A DNA stretch of 64,000 nt. Origin: Myripristis murdjan (Eukaryota). Of the stretch, positions 1-13,126 are shown in pieces. The stretch covers positions 1,689,386 to 1,753,385 of the forward strand of contig NC_043987.1 in assembly GCF_902150065.1 (NCBI RefSeq). Reading direction: 5' to 3'. The notes under the pieces are model-generated. The model was not told the DNA's origin. It made no database searches and saw nothing but the letters and a program-made list of their open reading frames with translations. The stretch's first letter is position 1. The number at the start of each line of letters is the position of its first letter. The translations under genes and the position numbers were made by a program.

Positions 1-445
1 TGCTTTGTGATTGGCTCAGGCTAATTCAGTTTAGGCTTGCACAATCAATATGAGAACACACACAGTGGCAATGTGCAGTAGATTTCTAAAGAAATCATCG
101 TAACATCCTGAATGTGCTGTTGCATGTCTTGTAAGAACGATATTTAATGCCAATAAGCCTTTCCTGAATAAATAAAGGTTAAATATTTTTTTAAAAATAG
201 AGAGAGGAAAGAAAAAGTTGCTGTGTTCACAAAGACACAAAGAAATTATTACCAAGAAGGCAATACTGTAGCCACAAACAAAGCCCATTCATTAAAAATC
301 TCTGATAGTTTCAATGCTTGACAAAACTGCTACATGCTGGAGGGTGTTTTTGTGTGGATTCAACTTTAGTAAGTAACCTGTTGAGTCACTTTGTAAAGTA
401 CCCTCCAGGAAAGAGTGGTGCAAATGATGCATTACTAAGCTGAAT

Positions 446-446
<1 letters not shown>

Positions 447-489
<43 letters not shown>

Positions 490-490
490 C

Positions 491-539
<49 letters not shown>

Positions 540-545
540 CTGTGT
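447..545. repeat. Compound (AC)n ... (TG)n dinucleotide microsatellite
   Basis: (ac)17 then (tg)22; explains track ORFs 292..657, 386..592 and 435..620. Confidence 0.95.
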
Positions 546-2440
546 GTAGTGTATATGTATATGTATGTATGTATATAAAAAGTTGGTAGCATGCGTCAGT
601 CTGGTTTCTTTCAAAAACATGGAAAAAAGAGTAGTAAATTAGCATGAGGTGACCCAAAAATGATCAAGAAACTGGTAAAAAAAAAAAAAAAAAAAAAAAA
701 AGTGTCAAGAAAATGACCAGAAAATGAGCAAAAATGATTTTTTTTTTTTTAAAAAAACTTATATGAAAATTTCATATTTTTTTATCATCTTAATCTTATT
801 ACAGTGAAATTTGTGAAACTTCTGTATACATGGGCGGAATTAGAAAAATAGCAACAGGAAATAACTGTTAATTAAGGGACATTAAGTTCAATTTTGTTTA
901 GAAAGGCAGATGTGATACAGTTTGTACTAATGCTGTTTTGTAATCACTGAGGAGTGAACATAGATTGCAAAGAAACTTGTCATTTAATGGTGAAAAAACA
1001 AAGCATCCACTAGTTGGATTTCATGTATTTAAGGTCTAAATTTAATGATTAATTTTTGGACTTGATCAGCTGTTGGACTCTCTCTTGTGGCTGACCTGGG
1101 TACGGCTGGTGGTGCTGCAGGATGCTGAGGTCATGCTGCCCAGGGCCAGGGTACCCTGGTGCATCAGACACCTCAGCCTGGAGGCCTGGGCCTTCCTTTG
1201 GCGCAACTGCTCAGACTGGGTGTGCTCACTGTGGGCCCCCCTGGGACGATCACTGTCCAGTGGAACAGAGCTCATGCTGTTTGCCTGCTGAGCTCCTCTG
1301 CTCAGTGTTTGTCCACAGACCTCCTGCTTTCCCAACACCTACGACACGCCAAACATGCCACCACTTTGTTTTCTTGTTTATGACCAGAGAAAACGTTACC
1401 AGCATTCAGAATTCAGTTCTAACATATGCAGTTCTATTTAGTTGCAGAACGTAAAGGGGCAGAAGTTTTTGGGAGACTTGCCCGCCATTCAGCTCATGCT
1501 ATATCATCTGTGTTTCCTCAGTGCACTCTTAGCTCCAGCAGTTAGCTCCATGTTAACATGTACACTACACTGAGTGATGGTAGACTGTATGCCAACATTT
1601 TAGCATTCACAATACTGAGTAATTTAAATCTTATTTATTTATTTATTTTTGCACAGACACCTGAGCATTTCAGAGTTTGCACTTTCTTATGGGTTTTTGA
1701 AGGCCTATTTATTGTGTACATTTCTGTGTCTGCTAGCCCCCAAGAGAAATAAAAGACTGAACTGATCTGAAACGCGGCTTCATGCTCACACTTTAGCATA
1801 CTATGTTAGCTCAAGTATGCATTCCCCCCCCCATCAAAGCGAAGGTGGTCATTTTGCCTCATTGGTTACGGTTAAGGTTAGGGTTGGGGTTAGGCTGAGT
1901 AAAGGGTTATGGTTAGGATTAGGCATAAGTTGGTCATTGCACATTTACGCGTCTTTGTACACACTTTCGATGTTTTCATCAGGATGGGGGACATTTATTT
2001 CAGTCAGTACTTAGCACACCTACTGAGCGCACATTTCAGCACCATGGACAGCACCCCAGCACACCAAAAATTGTTGTCCCGAAAAATCCACCAAAACATT
2101 GTTGAAAACATTATAATAACACTAACAAACACAAAACACAAGGGCTGCATTAGTGTAATATAATATGTAATGATTGTCAGATGTCTTTTAAAAGATATAA
2201 TTTAAAATTGCATACTATCATTCAAAATAGAGTAAACTTTTAGCATGGAGCATGACTGGAGCTAAAATATATACTAGTGATATGTGGATGGCTTTGGCAT
2301 CTTGTCTCCTACACTTGATGGCTATGTTCATTGTGGAGTTCATTGTGGAGTTGTGCTATGAAACACAAAACCCTTAATCTGTCTTCAGTTTTATCAGTTC
2401 TTGAGTTTTGTCTTAACATCCTGCCTCACGGTGTGGCACT

Positions 2441-3035
2441 GTGGCAGACAGGATGACGTTGCAGAGGGTGGAAAAGTCTGTGCAGAGGACAACTGGCTGC
2501 AGCTTACCACCCATCAGCAACATCTATAGCACCAAATCTAGAGAGAGAGCCATCTGCATTCTCCATGACCCCACCGACCCTGCACACAAACTGCTGACCT
2601 CCCTCCCCTCTGGTAAGAGGCTGCACTGCATCCGGGCAAAAACATCCAGACTGAAAAACAACTTCTACCCGGATGCAGTCAGACTACTGAACCACTCCCT
2701 CCATATACTGTCCTGTCCGCCCACTTTAACAATCTGCACCCTGACTCTGCTGCTGATGGCTGTTGACTGTTGTTGGTTGCTGACTGTTTCTCTGTTTTTT
2801 TTTTGTTTTTGTTTTTTTCACTCCGTTGCTGTCTTTGCACTCTGTTGCTGCTAGTATACATGTGCAATACTGTACTCATAGTCAGGTGTTTATTGTTATA
2901 TCTTATTTATTTATTTACCATTAATTCTTTTATTCCACTGCACACACACCGAGACCTGGGTAACTGTGTTTCGTTCACTCATGCTTCATGGTTGAATGAC
3001 AATAAAAAAGTCTGAAGTCTGAGGTCTGATCTTGC
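2441..3035 (+). mobile_element. LINE (L2/CR1-like) 3' fragment: C-terminal ORF2 remnant plus a 3' tail ending in short tandem repeats (gtctgaagtctgaggtctga)
   Basis: Track ORF 2441..2854 (...HDPTDPAHKLLTSLPSGKRLHCIRAKTSRLKNNFYPDAVRLLN) matches the C-terminal tail motif widespread in teleost LINE ORF2 remnants. L2-type elements end in short STRs. Confidence 0.5.
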
Positions 3036-3904
3036 ATTTCCCCTGAACACACACTACACTCCTTAATGAGCTCTCCAAGACTGAACTACTATTTTCAAGA
3101 ACAAATGGCATCGATTTGCAAATTAATTAGAAAATGCGGTTCGGCATCTCAAATTTTCTGAATCCATTGACAGAACTTCTTGATGAGTGATACTGGGCTT
3201 TAAATAAACTTGAACTTGAACATGCTCGGGTTCCAGTTAAATGAGGGGATTCTCTTTTCCAGTGCAGGTTTCACAAAGACTTAGTATATTTCTTTAAGGA
3301 AGGTAAACATTTCATCTGAATGCTGTATTTATGCAGCAGAGGTAGCTCAGGTAGGAGAAAGCTGCCAGACTCCACTTTGGGCGACGGCTAATTTATGTTG
3401 AATTTCGCTACTTCGTCTGTCGTCTGACCTCCAGTCAGTCTATACGGTTGTTAGCTTAACTGCCCAGTGAAAAGCTGAAGTTGTGCACTCCCTCACACAG
3501 TCATTGACATTGTGACGTTAGAGAAAGGGTTCATCTCAGCTCCGACACAACTCAAACCCAGACCCAAACAAAACGTCCAGAAATGGGATCCAGTGTTTGG
3601 TTATAGAAATGACATGACAGTTGCGAGTTTGAGAGGGCTGGGGGGGAAACAGCAGCAAGTTGAGGTAAAAGCTAGGCCACATTTAAAAACACACAGATGT
3701 AGCTTGGCAAAACTATGACAACTCTGAATGAAAACGGCAACAGATCAAATGAATTAGACCAAATGTCACGGAATTGTGTGTTATTTCGTGCATCACTGTC
3801 TGGAATACGATGCAACGTTGATAACTGGGTAATTTTCAAAAAATGCACTGAGTAACATTCTATCACCGCATGCTTCTATTAAATGTCATTTCACAGTCAT
3901 GGAA

Positions 3905-4075
3905 TTTGGCACCCTGGCAGCTGGTAGAGTGCATGTACCATGTATCAAAGCTGGGTCCCCACCACAGAGGCCTGGGTTTGACGCCTTTGCTGCATGTCAT
4001 CCCCTCTCTCTGCCCTGACTTCCTACTGTCAATGTCCAATAAGACAGAAATGCCAAATAAATAATCGAACAGACG
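3905..4075 (+). mobile_element. tRNA-derived SINE copy 1 (core ...CCTTTGCTGCATGTCATCCCCTCTCTCTGCCC...CTGTCAA...AATAAA)
   Basis: Shares head, core and tail with three other copies in this window (9108-9273, 48221-48376, 56984-57170). Confidence 0.55.
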
Positions 4076-5452
4076 ATTATTATCAGACAATTAACAGACG
4101 ATGATTATCGATTATTCTGAATTGTAGATTCCCACTGGGCTTGCTGGTGGCACTAAAGGGAATGTCACCAGAACTGGCATGTTTCATTCTCTAAGCGACC
4201 TGAATCTTGTCCCCAAATTTCATGGCAAACACCAAATACACCAACTGACCAACACATGACCTATAGTCTCTCAAAAAATTAAACAAGGTGAATAGAAATT
4301 AATGAGCACAGTTGTTGTCTTTGTTTCCCGGTTCACATAAATAACATAACAATTGATTTTGAAATATGTAACGCACAGTCAAGAAAACATTCTAATATTA
4401 ATCTGTATGAACAACAAAAGCAGTTACAGTCACTGGTCTGCTGCTTACCCAAGCTGAGGCTGAGACTGCGTGTGGAGCTTCTGCTGTCATGGTGACAGGT
4501 AAACAAGAAACTTGCAGAATGACTTTACAAGCACTGAGAGCCATCTGTTTTTTTTTTTTATGTTGATTTACAAATCAATTATTACTCATGCAATTTCAAG
4601 AAATGATTCTGCGCTGGGTCTACAGGGATGATTTTCTCATTGCACAGTGCTCCTTTCTTTTTCTTTTCTTTTTTTAAAGTAAATTTCATTGAATGTATAT
4701 TGACAATAAAAACAACATAAATTGATGGCGTTGCTTGCCCACAGTTACATTGTTTCATGCCCATCCCCCCAATCACAGCAAGCTTCCATACGAACCTGAA
4801 GGAGAATTAAAATATTTGTGCATTTAATTTCTGTGTTTTATATGACTAGCCCACGTGTTTTTCTCATAAAAATATATAATTCTAAAACTCTGAAACTCTT
4901 TCTAGCGGTTCACCTCATTATGTGATTAGTTGTTGCTTTCTGGGAAGAAAAAAAACATCTTGCATGACATAGACACTGACATTTTAGCACCTCAATCGCA
5001 AGATCATCATTCAACTTTATGTATAGCTTTCTTCCTACTATGAACTACAAAACTGAAGTTTAGTCACTCTTTCCAAATAGCTCCATCATATCATTTTTAT
5101 GATATTAAAGACAATGGACCTGTCCTCCTGGATTAGCTGGACTCTTTCCATATTTCTCAAAAGGCAGAATTAAAGCACATTTATATTTTAGGCATCCTGC
5201 CAAAAGATCTAATAATGATATTTTTAGTAATTTCTTGGCTAAAATACAGAGTTTAACTGTACTTCATTGTGTTTCAATATCACAGAAAGCATTTGCACTC
5301 TGCACCCATAAGCCTTTCCACAAATATAGGGCTGCCAAACTTCACACTCAGTCATATCTGATTTGATGGGCCGGACCTGCATGATGACTTTCATTAAGCC
5401 ATGGACCCCAATTTAAAGCGACTTTGTCCTAGAAACCCCAATATGAAAAAAG

Positions 5453-5692
5453 TACAGTTAGGTCCATAAGTATTTGGACAGTGACTCATCATTTGGCCCA
5501 AAACAATGTATAAAACTGCCTGTGATTCCTAAACAGTCAATGCCATATTTTTGTTCAACCCCTTAAATAAATCTGAAAGTCTGCGCTTGAATCACGTCTT
5601 GATTACGCCATTTCAAATCCACTGTGGTGGTGTGAAAGGGCAAAATTATCAATATTGTGTCACTCTCCAAATACTTATGGATCTAACTGTAC
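5453..5692. mobile_element. Tc1-like MITE of about 240 bp with 27-bp TIRs (TACAGTTAGGTCCATAAGTATTTGGACAG ... CTCCAAATACTTATGGATCTAACTGTA), flanked by TA
   Basis: Terminal inverted repeats read directly. They start with the TACAGT typical of the Tc1/mariner superfamily. Confidence 0.6.
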
Positions 5693-7168
5693 CTTTTGTA
5701 TTAAATTTGTATTAAATTGTTTAGCCCTATGAAGCCTGGGTAAATTTCCTTGATTTCCTTCAAGAACACAGAGAAATTGGTGATGAGCAAATTACCAAAA
5801 AAACAAAACAAAAATTTTTTTTAAAATGGCAACAAAATACAAGAAAATTACCAGAAAATTTGCTAATAAGTATTTTAAAACTAGAAGAGGGCACTCAGTA
5901 GAGTGCAAATCTTTTCCAGGCGTATCTCCCCTCTCCGGCGCTCTGACTTAAAAAATCACACGTTTTTTTTTACCTGCTGAGCGGGTTCAGAATAGGGTTT
6001 AAAATATGCAGGCTGTGCCTCACTATTTTCCCTTTTCTGGTGCTTGTATTTTTAAAGTTTTGATTTGTTGCAGCCACAAGTGGTCCTTTATCATACAGTC
6101 ATAACTGTGCACAAAAAATATATATTAGGCCAAGTTGTATGTGAGATTAGCTGTAGAAAGATAAACACACAGACAGATACGCATGACCAGACACATGATC
6201 CCCTCCAGGCTGCTGGCTTGTAAAATTTACAAGAAAACTACAGTTATTAAATGTTGTAATATAATTATTGTCAGATCCGTTATTTCTAAAGGTTTGTGAG
6301 AGGTGTCTGAATGATGTCACACTGACACACAGACTGAAAGTGGTGAAATTAAAACATCATGTTAAAGTAGTTTGTGGTGTTATGTCCGACACTGAAGCTC
6401 TGAGGACTCACAACACCAGTTCAACTGAACTATTGCTTCACAACTCGCTGCATTGTGGAAGTTACCATGTGCACGATGCCGTCTGAAGCAAACACTGCTT
6501 TGTTCACTGGGAAAGGTTTTCAACCATTAGGTCAGGATCCTGCTCAGAACCAAAGCTATATAGTAAACTGAAACAATGCATGGTTGTAGTTGCAGTAGTG
6601 TGTATTGTTTCATCAAAACCAGTGAATTTGATGTCATTTATATAGTGATGAATAGTGATGAAAAGGGAGTTCAGAGATGTTTCCAGGCGTGGGAATCCTT
6701 TGAACTGATCTGTCCTACTAGGTATTGTAATTTACAGTAGACATCTGAAACATTGTGGCATATATTCCAGAATGTGCATAAAGGCATACGGCAGCCTACA
6801 ATAAAAAAAGAAAGAATGAATATAAATGTAATACTGCATTACGCTCCATAGGGGCAAGGGTGGAAAATTACCCCCAGCATCAATTCACAGTACAGATTGT
6901 TTTCTTACTTTTTGTTCTGTTTTGTGTTTACAAGTTTGATCGTGTTTATATATTATTTAAACTCATATAGAAAGCAATGAAACTGGTGATAAGCTTTGTA
7001 ATTCTGGATTTATGTGTATGAAACTTATCATACAGAATCAGTAAGTTTATGAAATTAATGTTAGAGTTATGTTCAAAATAAGTAATGACATTTTTACATT
7101 CAATTTTAATATTATGACTAGTTTTACACAATATATGTTCTTTCATTCGAGTCTAAAAAGGTATTAAT

Positions 7169-7219
<51 letters not shown>
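7169..7219. repeat. (GATA)n microsatellite immediately upstream of the fus promoter
   Basis: About 12 tandem GATA units. Confidence 0.95.
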
Positions 7220-7241
7220 GGAACTGGAGCTCGTTTGGAAG

Positions 7242-7275
7242 TGACGTCACGTATGGCCTCGGCTCCATCTTCCGG
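7242..7275 (+). promoter_or_regulatory. fus: fus core promoter: perfect palindromic CRE/ATF site TGACGTCA (7242-7249) and ETS-like CTTCCGG (7269-7275), about 85-115 bp upstream of the fus ATG
   Basis: Motifs read directly from the sequence. They lie just 5' of exon 1 and are flanked by (GATA)n. Confidence 0.45.
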
Positions 7276-7358
7276 TTGGGACTTGGACTCTCTGGTGCTA
7301 TTGTAATAACAACGATTTCCAAGGCTTTGGACTAGAAACCCCATTTTCATTGGCCGAA

Positions 7359-7371
7359 ATGGCGTCTAACG
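7359..7371 (+). CDS. fus: fus exon 1 (MASN + 1 nt of D). Kozak gaaATGG; donor GTAAGA at 7372
   Basis: ATGGCGTCTAACG|gtaaga. Joined in phase to exon 2 gives MASNDYSQ, matching the FUS N-terminus MASNDYTQ. Confidence 0.85.
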
Positions 7372-7996
7372 GTAAGAAACGTATCACCTATCTGCAGTTC
7401 TGATGTCGCAGCGTTTAATGAAAAAGTCGAACAATGCTCTCAAAGTGTTTAGTGTTAACGTTAAGGTTGCCTTATGTTACATTTTTGCACTAACGTTACC
7501 GTCGGCGTCAAGTAACGCAAGCTAAACCAATGACCTAACGTTAGGTCGAGCGGAGGCAGTAAAATGAGCACTGCTTTAAGAGATTAGCTGGCTTTAAGAA
7601 TAGCACGGCGGCTTGTATTTCTTTTGTTCATTAAAACCTCTCGAAGCTTGCCGCCCGGCTGTGCCGGCTAGCAGCCATGCTATCCCTCCAGCCTGCCGTG
7701 CGGGCTCTGCTTCCAGTCGTTGGGCTACTGACCTAGATAGTTGTTTTTGGTGGATCTGCCTCAGTATCGGACATGGGACTGTTGTGCATTGTTTTCAATT
7801 GGATGTTGACAATATGCCGGTGTTCATAGCACTGTGGAGAGTTATCCCGATACGTGCCATTTTTCCTTTTCATAGAAACATCCCTCCTTTGAAATGTATT
7901 AGCTAGCTTGGCCTTGCCTAGCTGAAGCTAAATATGACGTGGTAACTGCATAATTCATGTTGTTTTGGTGGAAGATTATGGGAATATAACCAGTCA

Positions 7997-8050
<54 letters not shown>
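7997..8050. repeat. (TATC)n microsatellite in fus intron 1 (reverse complement of GATA)
   Basis: About 13 tandem units. Together with 7169-7219 it forms an inverted pair bracketing exon 1. Confidence 0.95.
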
Positions 8051-8857
8051 AACAATAGACCCTTTTGACAGTAGCCACTTTGAGATAAAATAATAGGATA
8101 AACCCAGGTTTTCCTTATGACATTAATTAAGGTTCCATCCCATTTAGGTCTAACACATGGTGCCTCAGTGGAGGCTCTGCTGCACTGTAGTGGAACAGAA
8201 CATATGCTTACCATATTAATGTGATTGTTGTTAAAGTTTCATAAAGCTGTGGTTATCTTAAAGGTCACAGTGATGTCAAGTTTGAAAAACTGGTCTGACT
8301 GCAGTGAAATGGCTGCTGTGGGGGCTAACATCATCACACATGAATCAAATGTGGCTCAGTAGTCTCAGCTTTCCAGTCCAACTCCAAGACTGTTTAGGCC
8401 CCGGTCTGCACAAACACACCATTTTGCCACAAGAACACATTTGGACTGCATGGTTTGTGGCCCAAACTGCATGGGATTAGAACCCATTTTCATTCAGAGA
8501 TCTGGAGGTCAGAGGTCAAGGGATCCTTCTGAAAATGACCATGCTAGATTTTCCCTCACCATAACTTTGGAGTGATATTTACACCCCTAGCATGACATGC
8601 TGGGCACCAATGGATTCGTTATTCATATGATGCCAATCTTGGCTTTAAATTGATTTTGAAAAAAAAATCAATGAAAAAAAAAAAAAAATTAAAAGGTTGT
8701 AAAAAAAGAAAAGGAAAAAAAATCACAATACTTAAGTGAATTGATTTTGTTCCCACCACTACTGCTGTGACAAAGGACTGTTGCTGCTTGTCTCGTCATA
8801 TTGTATCACTTTATCACAGTATCACTTTACTGTTTTTTTCCCCCTCTCTCTTTCTAG

Positions 8858-8882
8858 ATTATTCCCAAACACCTGCCCATGG
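8858..8882 (+). CDS. fus: fus exon 2 (..DYSQTPAHG)
   Basis: Acceptor tttctag|, donor |gtaagt. Phase is continuous from exon 1. Confidence 0.8.
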
Positions 8883-9107
8883 GTAAGTCCTTTGTTATTG
8901 GTCTAACAAATTTAGATTGAATATGTTGGAGGGAATACACTGTGAAATAGAATTAGCATATTATTCTGTAGTGATCCTGGTCAGTGAAATTAGTAACATT
9001 TTACCTGTGCTATTCACTAGGCCCAAGGTTCAAGCCCTGCTATTGACTCTGTAGTCAGGCAGCTTGGATCCTGCCTATCCCACCTATACAGCAGTGTAAA
9101 CCATTGT

Positions 9108-9273
9108 GCTTTATTTGACAGTCACAGTAGAGAGAGAGACAGGATAGGTGGGGAGAGAGAGGGAATGACATGCAGCAAAGGGCCTGAGGTCACACTCGAA
9201 CCCAGGACGCTGCGATCAGGACTCAGCCTTAACACATGGTGTGCACTCTTACCTGGTGAGCCACTGGGGTGCC
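9108..9273 (-). mobile_element. SINE copy 2 (minus orientation) in fus intron 2
   Basis: Reverse complement carries the tRNA-like head GGCACCCCAGTGGCTCACC...GGGTTCGAGTGTGACC and core CCTTTGCTGCATGTCATTCCC. The tail rc matches ...CTACTGTGACTGTCAAATAAAG. Confidence 0.55.
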
Positions 9274-9390
9274 AGTGTACACCATGCTGAACAAGAAATA
9301 CACTTTAACTAAGAACACGTAACACTTTTCCTGCATAAGGTGTGACTTTATGTGCGGCCTGTCAACCTGTTTTCCCTTTTCTCCATGTAG

Positions 9391-9548
9391 CTATGGCTCC
9401 TATGGCGGTGGGACTAACCAGGGCTATGGTCAGTCCTCTGGCCAGAGCTACAGCCAGCAGGGCTATGGAGGCTACAGTCAAAACTCTGATAGCAGCTCTG
9501 CCTCCTACAACCAAGGAGGCTATGGCAACTATGGGCAACCTCAGTCAG
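9391..9548 (+). CDS. fus: fus exon 3, SYGQ-rich low-complexity domain (GYGSYGGGTNQGYGQSSGQSYSQQGYGGYSQNSDSSSASYNQGGYGNYGQPQSG)
   Basis: Acceptor ccatgtag|, donor TCAG|gtatac. FET-family [S/G]Y[G/S]Q composition. Same frame as track ORF 9350..9592. Confidence 0.9.
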
Positions 9549-10811
9549 GTATACAACCATCGATAACTGTCCTTAACCACATATTTAGCTAGTACATGGT
9601 ACAGTGTACCATGAGGGCTTGCTTGGAATTGCTTTGAATCCAGTGTGTATTCAACCTTGTCAAGATGGCAAAATCTAAATTTGATATAAAGTGACTGCAG
9701 TACAGCAGTGTGCCAGCTAGCTCACTGCATTGCACACTATGTCAGAAAAAAATTAACACTTGGCATAGTGGCCTGGAAACAGCTTCAGGGACTACTCTGC
9801 TGGTCTGTTTCCTTCATGGTTTTCATCTTTCTTAGCTGCCACTTCTGTTTTGAGTGGTGACTTTTCTGCAGATGACATTTTTCCGGGGGTAATTTTTTGC
9901 TTTTCATGTTCCCTGCTGAATATTTTGATTCAGCATGTGGAAGAAGCCTCATGGAGGGATTAGTTATGACAGAAGGCTAGGCTAAGGTTAGGATTAAATA
10001 TCAGTGTGTCTTGGTCAAAGTCAGGGTCACCCAAAGGTCAAAATTTGCATTTTGGTATTATCTCAAAAAATGGAACATCGTACATAGATGCAGCTAGGAT
10101 CATTATGTTATGTCTCTGTTATCTTATGTCTCTTGTTCTTATTAGTAATGTTTATCAGTACTGGCTAGAAACTGGTCCATTTTTTGTGGTGATTATTCAT
10201 TCAAATTGTATTCACTCAAGCTTATTTCCCACAGCAAGCTAAATGTTTCAAGAATCTGTAAAATCTGTTAAAATATACAATTGGTGATTAAAGCTATACT
10301 AAGCGATTTCTGGCCACTAGAAGGTGTTAAACTCCACTTGTAAACACACTGCACAGTCCTGCTTCTGGGTTCATTGTAGCTTGGTTGTACAAAACCGAAA
10401 GTTAAAACAAAAAAAAAAAAAAATGTGGATGGAAATGAAGGCTATATTTGACCCTCACCAGGCTATTGTTGGATTACTTGGATTTTTTGTCTATGAGCAC
10501 CAATCCCAGCCAACTACGTGACATGGAAATGGTATATCTTGAGAACTTAACAGGGTTATTTACTGGATTTTTCTATATTGGTTGTGTGCCATAACAGCTC
10601 ACCATAACAAATTCCTAATACATGTTAATGTACCGTATATGACAAGATAAGTCACTCTGATTCGGATTCATTATCTTCAAAAGTCTCCAAAGAACAAGTT
10701 GGTCCTACTTCCTTTTTATAATTTTGTGGAAAATGAATCTGTAATCTAATATTATATTTTATTGCCACTGTTACTATCCTAACTCCTACTTTGTCTCATC
10801 TCTACTCCTAG

Positions 10812-10983
10812 GAGGATATGGTTCTCCACCGCCAAACCAAAGTGGAGGTGGCTATCCACAGTCCAATCAATCCTATAACTCTGGAGGCTATAACAGCAGC
10901 AACCAGCCATCTCCCAGCAGCTACAACCAGCAGTCATCCTACTCCAGTTATGGCCAGCAGCCTTCTGCCTCCTCGCCTGCAGG
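10812..10983 (+). CDS. fus: fus exon 4, LC domain (GGYGSPPPNQSGGGYPQSNQSYNSGGYNSSNQPSPSSYNQQSSYSSYGQQPSASSPAG)
   Basis: Acceptor ctcctag|, donor GCAGG|gtaaga. The frame has no Met, so it is absent from the ORF track. Phase is consistent with exons 3 and 5. Confidence 0.85.
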
Positions 10984-12448
10984 GTAAGACGCCATCACAG
11001 CTACTGATTCCTGCAGGAGTTCTAATTACCTATCTTAGCCTGTCATACGTTTCTCTGGCCAGGTATTAGCAGTAGTATCATTAAGACTGGCTTTTTTTGT
11101 GTGAAATCCCCTCCACTGGAAACACCCTGAAATGGTACGGCTGATGGTGTAAGGTTACAATATAGGGCCCGGTATTTTCAAGGACTTCAGTGCACAGTTC
11201 TGTTTTGATACCATGGGTCGCAGTATGCTTCAATACTTGACCCTGTATGGACATTTTACTCCAGGTAGGTTGCATCTCTGCAATATGGCGGCACTGAAGG
11301 TGGACGGGTTCTTGGTAGCTTCACATTTAATTCTTCTCAAGTCTTTAGCAATTTGCATCTTTTTTTCTCCACGTTTCTTGCGACCTTGTTGACTATTTGC
11401 AACAAAATGTTTGATTGTTCAGTGATCATGCCTCAATAGCTTAGCTACTTCAAGAGTGCTGCATCCCTCTGTGTTGCAGTTTGATTGTAAAATTAACCTG
11501 CTGTCACTTTCGGCACCATGGACAGTGCTGCGGATGATCAGCGGAGAAGCCGCAGCTGTGAGCATCAGTGGGTCAAGGCTCATTAGGGCCTGATGTGCAG
11601 CACCTGAGTGACGCCACTGAGAGAAAGCCACTCTCGCTAGACAATAACTTTGTTCCACCTCCCCTTTCCCCTGATTTTAAAGTCGTTAACTAATAGGAAA
11701 TAAAATATATATTTTTTTTTACTTGCAAAATCGATTCCTCTTGATATCTGCACCTCACACTCTGAAAGACATTTTACAGTTTTTGACTTTGTTAAATCTC
11801 TTTTTTGGCCCATTTTGTCTGAGGTAAAGAAGCTGCATAATAATTATGCACACCTTGATATAGGGTGTTGGTCACTTCAGGCAACACCCTCCCTCATTAC
11901 ACAAACACACATCACCTGATGATGCTTAAATCCAATTAGCATTCGAGTTTATATAGCTTCGAGTTGGAAAATATGCATGAGAATGATGATAGGATCAAAA
12001 TACTCACTTGCCTAATAATTGTGCACGCAGTGTAAGTAGACCTACACATAATTAGGAAAAGAAAAGAGTATTTAATGGGAAATTTTGATGGCACCGTTTG
12101 CATATTTGCATATTTAATACCAAATGTTGAGTTTACAGATTATGTTACTTTTATTTTATTGTCACTCCTTTTTTTGTATTTGAAAAATGCCTGTCTGTGT
12201 TAAGGTTTCTTGGATCTGCTTTAATAGTTTCTGCCATTATTATGTAACAGATGTAGTTTGGTTTAGAGAGGCCCGCTGTTTTGTAAGATACAAGTATCAA
12301 TATCTTTGTTTGCAGAGTCAACAATTAAAAAAAAAAAAAAGAATCATAACTTAGGGGTATATATTTTTTATCTCATTTATTTTTTAATCCATTTATATTT
12401 TTTAAGTGTGGGTATTTATGATGCTATCCTCTGCCCCACCCTTTCCAG

Positions 12449-12684
12449 TTATGGTGGAAGCTCCCAGACCCCTGGCTATGGCCAGCAACAGAGTGGGGGG
12501 GGCTACAGTGGCCAGAGTGGAGGTGGGTACAGTGGCAGTGGGGGCCAGACTGGTGGCTATGGGAACAACGGCAGCCACCAACAACCATCCCAGCACGGGG
12601 GATCTCCCTACAGCCAGCCTCCCAGCTACAACTCCCCCCCTCCACAGAGCTATGGTCAGCAGAGCCAGTATGGCCAGAGTGGAG
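12449..12684 (+). CDS. fus: fus exon 5, LC domain (YGGSSQTPGYGQQQSGGGYSGQSGGGYSGSGGQTGGYGNNGSHQQPSQHGGSPYSQPPSYNSPPPQSYGQQSQYGQSGG)
   Basis: Acceptor ctttccag|, donor GGAG|gtgagg. Overlaps the correct frame of track ORF 12306..12809. Confidence 0.9.
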
Positions 12685-13126
12685 GTGAGGAACATCCTAG
12701 AACGTTTATTTTACTCTTACTTTATTTAGAATATGTAGTTTGTGTAGTGAGTATGATGACAACAGCACACTTTGGTGTTTTGGCTTCAGTGTCATCACTC
12801 TTGCTGTGAAATGACACAATGACTAACATGATGATGATGATGATTATCATCATCATCAACATAATCATAATCATAATAAACTATACCCCTTAAGTCACAT
12901 TGCTTGTGAATATTATAATTTGTGGTGAAATGTGTCTCTTCTCACCTTGGGCAAGAAGTAATATGGCGAAAATGCGAAGGTGTTAAAAATTTTGACAAAA
13001 AGTATTTTAGCAAAAGCTCCTAAACTTGTCGATACACACACAGTTGGGACTGACTGAACATTAGTTTTTATTTAGCCTTTTTTAAATCCTTAATGCATCA
13101 CCCGTGCTGCATCATTTTTGTATCAA

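Noticed and set aside
292-657. Track ORFs 292..657, 386..592 and 435..620 with H/T/C/V dipeptide repeats
   Set aside because: Pure translation of the (AC)n/(TG)n microsatellite; not coding.
9342-9566. Alternative-frame ORF 9342..9566 overlapping fus exon 3
   Set aside because: Wrong frame of the same exon. The SYGQ frame (9350..9592 track frame) is the one conserved with FUS and in phase with neighbouring exons.
12306-12809. 167-aa Met-initiated track ORF spanning fus exon 5
   Set aside because: Only the central part (12449-12684) is real exon, bounded by AG/GT splice sites. The Met start and the tail are intronic read-through.
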